Shown: positions 33,065-41,607 of the stretch, one piece after another
How the letters are laid out: the number at the start of each line of letters is the position of its first letter
Position numbering within the stretch: position 1 is the stretch's first letter
From: an uncultured delta proteobacterium
GTDB taxonomy: Bacteria > Myxococcota > UBA727 > VGSZ01
Length of the DNA stretch: 64,000 nt
Reading direction: 5' to 3'
Assembly (NCBI GenBank): GCA_963775425.1
Contig: CAVZJB010000016.1
Span: 768,001 to 832,000, forward strand
Translations under genes and position numbers: made by a program
Notes under the pieces: generated by a model
The model's database searches: none
What the model saw: the letters and a program-made list of their open reading frames with translations, nothing else
Told to the model about the DNA's origin: nothing

Positions 33065-34209
33065 GCGCCTCGAGGGAACCGCCCGCCGCCGTGCGCGCCT
33101 CGAGCGCACCGCCCGCCGCCGCCGCCGCCGCCGGCGCCCCGCGCGCCGCCGCCGCGGGCGTGGGCGACGACGACGCCGGGGCAGACGGGGGCGCCGCGGG
33201 CGCGGCCGCGGTGGTGGCCCTGTTCGCGCTCTCTGTCGCGATGGTCGTCGCGGTGCCGTGGTGCGAGCGCGATCGCGTGCCGGACCCGGGGGTATGGAAG
33301 GAAGCGCTCGCGCACGACGTCGGCGCGCTCCGGCCTCACGACCTGGTGCTCGTGCATCCCCCGTGGCGCGACGACGTCGTCAAGGCGCTGCGTGGCGTGC
33401 CCGGTCTGCCGCCGGGCGTCGTCATCACCGACGCGCTCGCGCCGCGCCACGGGGATCCCCTGGCGCCGCTCGTCGTCGTGCGCGAGGCCGGCGGGCCGCC
33501 GCTGCCGCGCGCGCTGCGCGGGCTCGTCGAGGAGCGCACGCGCTTCGAGGAGGGCGGCGTCGAGATCATCCGCCTGGCTGCGTCCGCCAGCGACGACGAG
33601 GTCGGGGTGCGCGACCTGTCCGACGACATCGCCCAGGCGCACGTCGAGGTGCGCATGGAGCCGCGCCCGCCGCCGGGCCCCGCCCTCCTGCCCCCGGCGC
33701 CCGCGGCGGGTCCTCCGCCGTCGACGGCGCCCGGCGGATTGGGCGGCATCAAGCGCGGCCGCTCCCCCCCGTCGCTGATCGGCTGTCCCTGGGACGCGCT
33801 CCAGGGACGCCATGTGTGCCCCGGCTTGCCCGCGTGGATGCACGTCGGCGTCGAGCAGCTCCCGATCGACGGCAAGCGGGTGGCGTGCACGTGGGCGCAC
33901 CCGATCACGGGGGGCGCCGTCGTCGTCGACTTCCCCCACGCGCACCTGCTGGCGCACCTGAAGCTCGAGCTCGCGCTCACCGACGGCGCCGCCGACAACA
34001 CCACCGCCGCCCCCGTGAGCGCCGCCCTCGCCGTCGACGGCGTCCCGGTGGCGACGCTCGACAAGCCGCCGGGCCGCCGCGGCTTCGTCAGCCGCACCGT
34101 GGCCGTCGACGGCGCGCCGCGCGACGGGTCCGTCGAGCTGCGCATCACCACGCCCCACGACGGCCAGCGCCACACGTGCTTCCGGCTCACGACGTCGGAG
34201 GCGCCGTGA
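33061..34209 (+). CDS. Membrane-anchored hypothetical protein with C-terminal beta-sandwich
   Basis: GTGA overlaps at both ends; one TM segment, then a Cys-containing CTWAHP...HTCF domain. Confidence 0.6.
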   Translation: MSASREPPAAVRASSAPPAAAAAAGAPRAAAAGVGDDDAGADGGAAGAAAVVALFALSVAMVVAVPWCERDRVPDPGVWKEALAHDVGALRPHDLVLVHPPWRDDVVKALRGVPGLPPGVVITDALAPRHGDPLAPLVVVREAGGPPLPRALRGLVEERTRFEEGGVEIIRLAASASDDEVGVRDLSDDIAQAHVEVRMEPRPPPGPALLPPAPAAGPPPSTAPGGLGGIKRGRSPPSLIGCPWDALQGRHVCPGLPAWMHVGVEQLPIDGKRVACTWAHPITGGAVVVDFPHAHLLAHLKLELALTDGAADNTTAAPVSAALAVDGVPVATLDKPPGRRGFVSRTVAVDGAPRDGSVELRITTPHDGQRHTCFRLTTSEAP

Positions 34210-35942
34210 CGCCCGCCGTCGCCGCCATCGTCCACGCCGTGGCGTCGCCGTCTCGACGGTCCCGAGCCGCGTGCGCCGCCCTCATCTTCCTCGCGACCTT
34301 CGCGCTGCACGCGGCGCTCCTGCCGAGCCAGGGGCTCACCGACGACGACGACTTCTACGCGCCCGCCGGCATCTCGTACGCGCACTGGCTCGGCGAGGTC
34401 TTCACCGCACCGGCGACGGCGTTTTCCCGCGGCGGCGTCGACGCCGCGTTCCGCGCGAACCACGAGCACCCGCCCGTCGCCAAGGTGGTGTTCGGCGTCG
34501 CCCACGCCGTCGCCCACGGCGCCTTCGGCGACCTCGACGCCGCCCGCCTCGGCTGCGCCGCCTTCGCGGCCGCCGTCGCCGCGCTCCTCGTGCTCCTGCT
34601 GTGGGACACGCTCGGCCGCGCGCAGGCCCTCGCCGCGCCGGTGTTGCTCCTGTCGCTGCCGCGGTTCTTCTTCCACAGCGAAGTGGCCACGCTCGACGTG
34701 CCCGTCGCCTTCGCCGTCCTCGCCGTGACCGCCGTCTACTTCTTCGCGGAGGCGCCGGGCGGGGCGGCGCGCCACGGCAGGGCCTGGGCCCCCGTCGTCG
34801 CCGGCGTCGTCTTCGGGCTCGCGCTCGGCGTGAAGCTCAACGCGCCGTTCGCCGTGGTCCCGTGCGCGCTGTGGTCGCTCCTCGGCCGCTGGCGCGGCTT
34901 TCGCGTCGAAGGCGCGTCGCTCGTCATCCCCCCCGTGCCGCGCTCGCTCGTGTGGATGATCGTCCTCGGGCCGCTGGTGTTCGTGGCGACGTGGCCGTGG
35001 CTGTGGTTCGACACCTTGCAGCGGCTGGGCGCGTACGTCGCCTTCCACCTGCACCACTACCCGATCTACTTGTTCTACGACGGCGAGATCTGGGACAAGC
35101 CCTTCGCCCCGTGGCACGCGGTGCTGTTCCTCGGCTTCGGCAGCATCCCCCTCCCCGTCGTCGCCCTCGGTCTCCTCGGCGCGTGGCGCGGCGCGCGCGC
35201 GCTCGCCCGCATCGCGCGGCTCGCCGACGACGAAGGCGGCGTCCCCGACGTCACGCGCGGCGACAAGCTGCGTGCGCTCCTCCTGTTGCAGGCGGCGTTT
35301 TCGATGCTCGTGGTCATGAACCCCGGCATCCCCCGCTACGGCGGCGAGAAGCTCTTCATGCCGTTGTTTCCCCTGTGGTGCGCCCTCGCCGCCGACGGCG
35401 CCGTCGTCGTCGCCCGCGCGACCCTCCGCCTCGCCGCCGGAGCTGCGGCCCGGCGCCGGCGACCGGATCGACGCCGCGTGGCCTTCGCCGCGGCCGTCGT
35501 CGTCGCCCTCGCCTGCGCCCCGGGCGTCGCCGGCACCGCGCGCTTCTTCGGCGGCTATGCGCTCAGCTACTACGGGGAGCTGCTCGGCGGCCTGCGCGGC
35601 GCCGTGGCGCGCGGCGACGAGCGCACCTACTACGACGTCGCGGACAAGCCGCTCGCGCGTCTCCTCGACGCCCAGTGCGCGCGGCAGCCCACGATGTGCG
35701 CCGTGCACTTCGAGCCCAACCACAAGGAGTACGTGCGCACCTACCGCTGGCTGCAGCGCGACGGCGTCATCTCTTCGAAGTTGAAGCTCGTCGGCGACCT
35801 CGCCCACGCCTCGGTGGTGGTCCTCACGCACGAGCGCCGCTGGTCGACCTACCCCGCGCTCAAGGCCGAGCTCGAGCACCTCACGCCCATCACCGAAAAG
35901 GCCGTCGACGGCGTCCCGCTTTACACGGTCTATCGGCGCTGA
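34206..35942 (+). CDS. Glycosyltransferase family 39/83 (PMT_2/ArnT-like, GT-C)
   Basis: TDDDDFY, NHEHPPVAK, PRFFFHS.VATLD, GLALGVKLNA, WPWLW; multi-TM. Confidence 0.82.
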   Translation: MTPAVAAIVHAVASPSRRSRAACAALIFLATFALHAALLPSQGLTDDDDFYAPAGISYAHWLGEVFTAPATAFSRGGVDAAFRANHEHPPVAKVVFGVAHAVAHGAFGDLDAARLGCAAFAAAVAALLVLLLWDTLGRAQALAAPVLLLSLPRFFFHSEVATLDVPVAFAVLAVTAVYFFAEAPGGAARHGRAWAPVVAGVVFGLALGVKLNAPFAVVPCALWSLLGRWRGFRVEGASLVIPPVPRSLVWMIVLGPLVFVATWPWLWFDTLQRLGAYVAFHLHHYPIYLFYDGEIWDKPFAPWHAVLFLGFGSIPLPVVALGLLGAWRGARALARIARLADDEGGVPDVTRGDKLRALLLLQAAFSMLVVMNPGIPRYGGEKLFMPLFPLWCALAADGAVVVARATLRLAAGAAARRRRPDRRRVAFAAAVVVALACAPGVAGTARFFGGYALSYYGELLGGLRGAVARGDERTYYDVADKPLARLLDAQCARQPTMCAVHFEPNHKEYVRTYRWLQRDGVISSKLKLVGDLAHASVVVLTHERRWSTYPALKAELEHLTPITEKAVDGVPLYTVYRR

Positions 35943-35984
35943 CGCTCACGATCCTCGACGGCGCCGACGCCGTGTCTATCGTAG

Positions 35985-36482
35985 ATGCCGATGCCCGAAA
36001 TCCAGCGACCGAGCGCGACCCAGGAGCTCCCCGCCGACCTCCAGGCGCTCGAGCGCCTCGCGAAGGCGATGGATCGCGCGGTCAAGGTGCCCGGCCTGCC
36101 GATCGAGCTCGGGCTCGATGCCGTGCTCGGCCTCCTGCCCGGCGCGGGTGATCTCGCCGCGGGCGCCGTGTCGGCGGCGCTGCTCGTAGGTGCGCTGCGC
36201 CACCGCGTCCCCCTCGTGGTGGTGGCCAGGATGGCGTTGTGGATCCTGTTCGACATCGTCCTCGGCGTCGTCCCCGTCGCCGGCGACTTCCTCGACGTGC
36301 TCTTTCAGAGCAACACGCGGAACATCGCGCTCCTGCTCGAGCACAGGGACACCACCCGCGAGCCGCGCTCGATCCCGAGGGTGGTCGGCGTCGTCCTCGC
36401 CGTGTTCCTGGGGCTCGCGGGGATGAGCGCGGCCTTCTACGGCGTCATCGCGTGGGCCGCCATCCACGCAGCGCGCAGGTGA
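35985..36482 (+). CDS. DUF4112-domain membrane protein
   Basis: LAKAMDRAVKVPG, GLDAVLGLLPGAGD, GVVPVAGDFLDVLFQSNTRN. Confidence 0.85.
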   Translation: MPMPEIQRPSATQELPADLQALERLAKAMDRAVKVPGLPIELGLDAVLGLLPGAGDLAAGAVSAALLVGALRHRVPLVVVARMALWILFDIVLGVVPVAGDFLDVLFQSNTRNIALLLEHRDTTREPRSIPRVVGVVLAVFLGLAGMSAAFYGVIAWAAIHAARR

Positions 36483-36491
36483 CGTCGCTTG

Positions 36492-38720
36492 TCAGCGGCG
36501 CCGGAGCTCGACGTCGAGCGCGGCGCCCAGGTGGCCCACGCGCGCGCCGACGACGGCGCCGTCGAGCGTGCGGGTCTTCGGAACGCCGCCGTCACCCGAG
36601 CGCGTGACCGTGAGGCCGCGCACGTCGACGCGGGGGAACATCGGCGCGCCCACCACCCAGTCCGCGGAGCCCGGCACCGGGTGGAGGCCGAACGCGGCGA
36701 GGGCCCACCATGACGACAGCGCGCCGCCGTCGTCGTTGCCGGGGAGGCCGTCTTGGCCCGGCCCGTATTGCGTGGACATCACCCACGACACGAACGACGA
36801 CGCGAGCGCGTCGTCGCCGAGCTCATAGGCCAGGGACGACACGTGGAGCGACGGCTCGTTGCCCTGCCAGTGAAACGGCAGCGGCTGCACCCCGAGGGTG
36901 GACGCCGACGACGACGCGCGCGTGTCCCAATCGTCGCGCGTGCGATCGAACAGATCGCGCAGGCGGGCGGCGGCGCCGTCGTCGCCGCCGTAGACGGCGC
37001 GGATGCCCTCGACGTCGTCGAGCGGGAACAGCGACTGCCAGGCGTCGGCCTCGACGTAGTCGTCGCTGAAGTGCTCGGGCGCAAACTCGCTCTCGGCGAT
37101 GGTGAAGGCGCCGTCGGCGTCGCGGGCGCGCAGGAAGCCGCTGTCGGCGTCGAAGAGCTCGCGCCACCCCGTGCTGCGCGCGCGCAGGCGGGCGGCGTCG
37201 TCGTCGTGGCCGAGCGCGTCCGCGAACCTGGCGAGCGCCGTGTCGTCCTCCGCGTACTCGAGCGTGGCGGACACCGGCGCGCGCAGCGGCGACGGCACCC
37301 ACCCGCCCTGGGCGTCGTACGCCATGACGTCGCCGCGCCCGCCCCGACCGCTCGGCGGATCGCCGGCGTCGAGCGCGGCGCCGCGCAGGATGTCCCACGC
37401 GGCGACGACGTCGGGATCGTCCGCGGCGATGTCGCCGCGCGCGAGCGCGTCGGCGAGGACCACCTCGCCGGGGCTGCCGATCATCACGGAGGCGTCGCCG
37501 GTGGCCATCGGCCACAGCGGGCCGTGCCCGAGGAGCTCGGTCCACACGGCGATGCTCTTGGCGACGTCGTGGGCGTCGGCGGGCGCGACCAGCGAATACA
37601 GCGGCTGCACCGTGCGGTACGTGTCCCACAAGGACAGGTCCGTCATCATGCGAAAGCCGTCGGCGTGGTGGACGCCGCCGTCGGGGCCGCGGAAGCGACC
37701 GTCGACGTCGCTCTCGACGTCGGGCATCAGGAAGGAGCGATACAGCGCCGACGCGAGCATGGTGACGTCGTGGCCGGCGGCGGCTGCGGGATCGGCGACG
37801 CTCACCTTCACCGGCGACAGGATCGCGTCCCACGCCGCGCGCGCCTGCTCCTGGGACGCCGCGTACGCGGTGCCCGACGGCAGCTCCGCCTCGAGGTTCC
37901 GCGCGGCGCCGTCGACGTCGACCAGCGAGAGCCCCACGCGCAGCTCCACCGGCGAAGACGCGTCGCGCGGGCCGAAGTGGAGCGCGGCGCCGAAGCCGGT
38001 GTCAGCGGCGGTGAAGGAAGCCGCGCTCTCGAGGGCGAAGAACACGTCGTAGCCGCCGGCGGGCGACAGCGATCCCTCGGTGTGCAGCGTGCCCGTGATG
38101 CGCGCACCGTCGACGTCGTAGTGCGCGTCGTCGACGGTGCCTTCGACGAGCGTGCGGAACAGGTCGACGACGACCACGGCGTCGGCGGTGCCGTCGGGGA
38201 ACGTGACGCGCCACGCGGCGACATGCGGCCCGGGCGCGGCCAGCTCGACGGAGACGTCGGGCTCGACGAGGTGCACCGCGTAGCTGCCGGCGCGCGCGCG
38301 TTCGCGGTCGCGCGTGGCCGCGTATTGCACCGCGCGCGGGTGAGCGGCGTCGAACGACGTCGTGGGCATCATGGCGATGACGCCGCCGTCGGGCAGCCCC
38401 GTGCCCTGCAGGTGCAGGTGCGAGAAGCACAGGATGGTCGGGTCCTCGGCCCAGTTGCCCGACGTGTGCACGAAGCGGACTTCGCCGAAGGAGCCCGTGG
38501 TGTCGGGGCCGGCCTTCACGAGCCCGTGCGGCGCGGCGGCGCCGAGGAACGACGCGCCGTAGGCGAAGGCGAAGCCGCCGGTGCCGATGGTGGGATCGAC
38601 CTTGTCGACGAGGGGCCCCACGGACACGAGCTCCGGCGCCGGCGGCGCGCACGCGGCGCCCGCCGCCACGGCGAAGGCGGCGGCGGCGAACGAGCGGGCG
38701 CGCGTCGAGGATCGGGGCAT
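36492..38720 (-). CDS. GH92 alpha-mannosidase-family lipoprotein
   Basis: Lipobox GAAC; VDPTIGTGG, FSHLHLQGTG, SLWDTYRT, SATLEYA.DD, GNEPS, PGNDDGGALSSW. Confidence 0.92.
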   Translation of the reverse strand: MPRSSTRARSFAAAAFAVAAGAACAPPAPELVSVGPLVDKVDPTIGTGGFAFAYGASFLGAAAPHGLVKAGPDTTGSFGEVRFVHTSGNWAEDPTILCFSHLHLQGTGLPDGGVIAMMPTTSFDAAHPRAVQYAATRDRERARAGSYAVHLVEPDVSVELAAPGPHVAAWRVTFPDGTADAVVVVDLFRTLVEGTVDDAHYDVDGARITGTLHTEGSLSPAGGYDVFFALESAASFTAADTGFGAALHFGPRDASSPVELRVGLSLVDVDGAARNLEAELPSGTAYAASQEQARAAWDAILSPVKVSVADPAAAAGHDVTMLASALYRSFLMPDVESDVDGRFRGPDGGVHHADGFRMMTDLSLWDTYRTVQPLYSLVAPADAHDVAKSIAVWTELLGHGPLWPMATGDASVMIGSPGEVVLADALARGDIAADDPDVVAAWDILRGAALDAGDPPSGRGGRGDVMAYDAQGGWVPSPLRAPVSATLEYAEDDTALARFADALGHDDDAARLRARSTGWRELFDADSGFLRARDADGAFTIAESEFAPEHFSDDYVEADAWQSLFPLDDVEGIRAVYGGDDGAAARLRDLFDRTRDDWDTRASSSASTLGVQPLPFHWQGNEPSLHVSSLAYELGDDALASSFVSWVMSTQYGPGQDGLPGNDDGGALSSWWALAAFGLHPVPGSADWVVGAPMFPRVDVRGLTVTRSGDGGVPKTRTLDGAVVGARVGHLGAALDVELRRR

Positions 38721-38752
38721 CGTCGCAGGTGCCGTCGACGTCGTCGTCGTCG

Positions 38753-40828
38753 TCACTGGCGGCGGCGGCGGCGGCGGCGGCGGCGCCGGGACTGAAGCGC
38801 CGTGAGGCCGAAGAGCGCGGCGAGGCCCGACCACGCCGGCGCCGTGTCCGCCACCGACGTGCAGCCGCACACCGGCGTGCCGTCCTTGGCGCAGACGTAC
38901 TGGTTGGCGTCGTCGAAGACGCAGGCGAAGCCGCCGGAGGCGTCGCACACGCCGTGGTTGGTGTCGCACGCGTCGGGCACGCAGATGCCGCCCTGGCCGC
39001 CGGGCTGCGCGGCGGGCGCCTTGCCCTCGTCGCAGGTGTAGCCCGAGGGGCAGTCGCCCTGATCGCAGGGACGCGTGCACACGCCCTTCTCACACAGGCC
39101 GCTGGTGCAGTCGCCGTCCTCGGCGCACAGCGTGAACGTCTTGTGATCGCCGGGCGTGCCCGTGCAGGTGCCGAGCAGATCGTTGGGGTTTGCGACGGCG
39201 CAGGCGTCGTGCGGGTCGGGGCAGTCGAAGTTGCCGCGGGTGACGCGGCACGCGCCGTCGGGCGGCGGCGTGTCGCCTTCGCCCTCGCCCTCGCCTTCGC
39301 CCTCGCCCTCGCCTTCGCCGCCGCCGCCGCAGAACGACAGCCCGCCTTGCGCGGCGGTGCAGGTCGCGTTCGGGTCCGAGCACGTGTAGCCCTGGCTGCA
39401 CAGCCCGTGGCAGAAGCCGTCGTTCAGGCAGATGAGGCCGCGGCCGCACTCGTCGGTGCTCCCCGCGCCGCAGGAGCCGCCCTCGGGGACGTCGCCGTGG
39501 GGGAAGCACGCGGCGGAGCCGTCGCCGAACAGCGCCAGGCAGTTCTCGGTGTTGTCGCAGCCGGAGCCGGTGGTGCCATCGCACGTCGCGCGGCAAAAGC
39601 CCGAGGTCTGCGTGTCGAGAACGCAGGCGAGGCCGGACACGCACCCGTTTTGCTGATCGCAGGCCTGGCCGCGCAAGCGGCTGCCGCCGGGGACGCACAC
39701 GCCCGCCGACGCCGGCACCCCCTGCCCTTGAAGCTGAACGCAGTCCTCGTTGGTGCCGCACCCCGTGTTCGTCTGCGAGTTGCAGCCGGCGAAGCACTGG
39801 TTGGTGTTGTTGCCGGCGTCGAGGCAGACGTTGCAGCCCGGGGCGATGTTGGCGCCGTCGCAGGCGGAGGCGCAGCCGGGCGGGTTGCAGGCGTCCCCGG
39901 GCTGGGCCACGCCCGTCGACGAGAACACGCACTGCTGCGAGCCGCCGACCGAGGAGCACACCATGCCGCCCGGGCAGGTCCCCGTGCAGCTCTCCGAGCA
40001 GAAGCTCGCGCCGTCGACGGTGAGGCAGTCGCCGCTGTCGCAGTCGCCGCTCCCCGCGCAGGGGCTGCCGAGCAGGCCCGGCGCCGGGTAGAGCTGCTGG
40101 ATGCCCTGGATGTCGCCCTGCTGCGGCCCGAGCGGGTCACCGCAGGTGTCGTTGGGGGTGGCGTTGCCGCAACCGGAGAAGCCGCCCGACGACACCGCCG
40201 ACATCAGCGCGCCGCAGCCGATGCACGGGTGCCCGAGGCCGAGGCCGTGGCCCATCTCGTGGGTGAGCGTGGAGCGCGACGAGTTGGCGCTCCAGTCAAA
40301 GGCGCAGTTGCCGCTGGTGTCGCAGACGCCGTTCATGACGGTGTCGGCGTCGGAGATGTCGTTGCCGCCGTTGAAGCAGCGGTCGTTGATGGCGATGGTG
40401 ACGCCGAGGGCGTTGTTGAGCGAGCTCTGGTCGAGGCCCTGGTTGGTCCAGTCCTGGACCGTGGTGACCCAGAAGATGGAGTTGCTGCCGTTGTCGACGC
40501 CGAACTGGCGGATGGCCTGCCGCCCGTCGTCGGAGAGCTGGAGGCTCGACACGGACATCCAGGACTGTCGCGCGGCCGCGATCTCGTTGTTCCAGCGGGT
40601 GGACGACACGCCCCGCGCGCCCGACGGCAGGGTGGTCTTGTCGTAGCTGTACGCGACGACGGCGGGCTGCCAGCGGGCGGCGGTGGTGGCGTTGCAGGCG
40701 CCGCAGCCGTCGCCGCTGGGGTTGCCGTTGGCGTCGATGCCGTCGCAGAGGAAACGGAACTCCTGCTGGGCCAACGCCGGCGAAGACGCCAGCGCGACGA
40801 GGGCGACGGGAGCGAGGAGCGCGCGCAT
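38753..40828 (-). CDS. Matrixin-like metalloprotease with Cys-rich repeats and MYXO-CTERM-type tail
   Basis: Signal peptide; HEMGHGLGLGH plus ALM Met-turn; many Cys-rich modules; (GE)n linker; CGC...TM...poly-Arg C-terminus. Confidence 0.85.
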   Translation of the reverse strand: MRALLAPVALVALASSPALAQQEFRFLCDGIDANGNPSGDGCGACNATTAARWQPAVVAYSYDKTTLPSGARGVSSTRWNNEIAAARQSWMSVSSLQLSDDGRQAIRQFGVDNGSNSIFWVTTVQDWTNQGLDQSSLNNALGVTIAINDRCFNGGNDISDADTVMNGVCDTSGNCAFDWSANSSRSTLTHEMGHGLGLGHPCIGCGALMSAVSSGGFSGCGNATPNDTCGDPLGPQQGDIQGIQQLYPAPGLLGSPCAGSGDCDSGDCLTVDGASFCSESCTGTCPGGMVCSSVGGSQQCVFSSTGVAQPGDACNPPGCASACDGANIAPGCNVCLDAGNNTNQCFAGCNSQTNTGCGTNEDCVQLQGQGVPASAGVCVPGGSRLRGQACDQQNGCVSGLACVLDTQTSGFCRATCDGTTGSGCDNTENCLALFGDGSAACFPHGDVPEGGSCGAGSTDECGRGLICLNDGFCHGLCSQGYTCSDPNATCTAAQGGLSFCGGGGEGEGEGEGEGEGEGDTPPPDGACRVTRGNFDCPDPHDACAVANPNDLLGTCTGTPGDHKTFTLCAEDGDCTSGLCEKGVCTRPCDQGDCPSGYTCDEGKAPAAQPGGQGGICVPDACDTNHGVCDASGGFACVFDDANQYVCAKDGTPVCGCTSVADTAPAWSGLAALFGLTALQSRRRRRRRRRRQ

Positions 40829-41445
40829 CAGTGCCTCCCCGGGAGCCGCGGCGCGAGCACCTTCTTGTGCGGCGGCTGCGGCAGGTCCTTCATCACGATG
40901 GCGGCCCGAACGGTGTTCTCGAAGGACGCCAGCGAGTCGTAGCGGCGAACCTCCGGCGGCTTCATCTCGGTGGTGACGACGTCACCGACGTCCTCCTCCA
41001 CCTGTGGGCCCGTGAGCGAATCGACGACCTTGAACAGGCCGAAGCCGATGCCGTAGGGGACCACCACGTTTTCGCCGTAGCGCTTCTGGTGGAGGCTGTT
41101 GACCGCGAAGATGACGAGGTGCTCGCCCTTGTCGAAGTGGTGCGCGCCCGCGATCCACGCCGTCTTGCCGTCGTACGTGCCGCCGAGCTGGTAGATGACC
41201 AGGCGCTCGCCCGTCTTCCACTGCCCCTTGATGGCGTTCTTGATGGTGACCGGGGTCAGCGTGACGATGCGGCCCGCTTCCTTGTGCGCGACCCCGGTGC
41301 CCACCTCGACCTCGGCGATGACGTCGGAGGCCACCGCCATCTCCTCGAGGGAGGGGACCACCACGACGGTGGCGTGGGCGCCGCCGGCCCAGACGGCGGC
41401 GACGAGGAGGGGGGCGGCGGCGACGAGGAACGGAGGAGAGCGCAT
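40828..41445 (-). CDS. Exported hypothetical protein, matrixin-associated N-terminal-type domain
   Basis: Signal peptide ending AHA; SLEEMAVASDVI, QLGGTYDG, IAGAHHF.KGE, GFGLFKV; stop overlaps the protease start (TGATG). Confidence 0.7.
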   Translation of the reverse strand: MRSPPFLVAAAPLLVAAVWAGGAHATVVVVPSLEEMAVASDVIAEVEVGTGVAHKEAGRIVTLTPVTIKNAIKGQWKTGERLVIYQLGGTYDGKTAWIAGAHHFDKGEHLVIFAVNSLHQKRYGENVVVPYGIGFGLFKVVDSLTGPQVEEDVGDVVTTEMKPPEVRRYDSLASFENTVRAAIVMKDLPQPPHKKVLAPRLPGRH

Positions 41446-41607
41446 GGTCACCGGGCTACCAGCCGAACTGCGATCCGTCACCGGGAGCCCGGCTGACAGA
41501 GTGGTGTAGGTCACAGTCCCACATCGCCCCGCCGCTCCCGCGGCGCCCGGGGCAACCCGTCCAGTTTATGGGTTGTGGGTGCAAACGATGCGATGCTGCC
41601 GCCGTCT

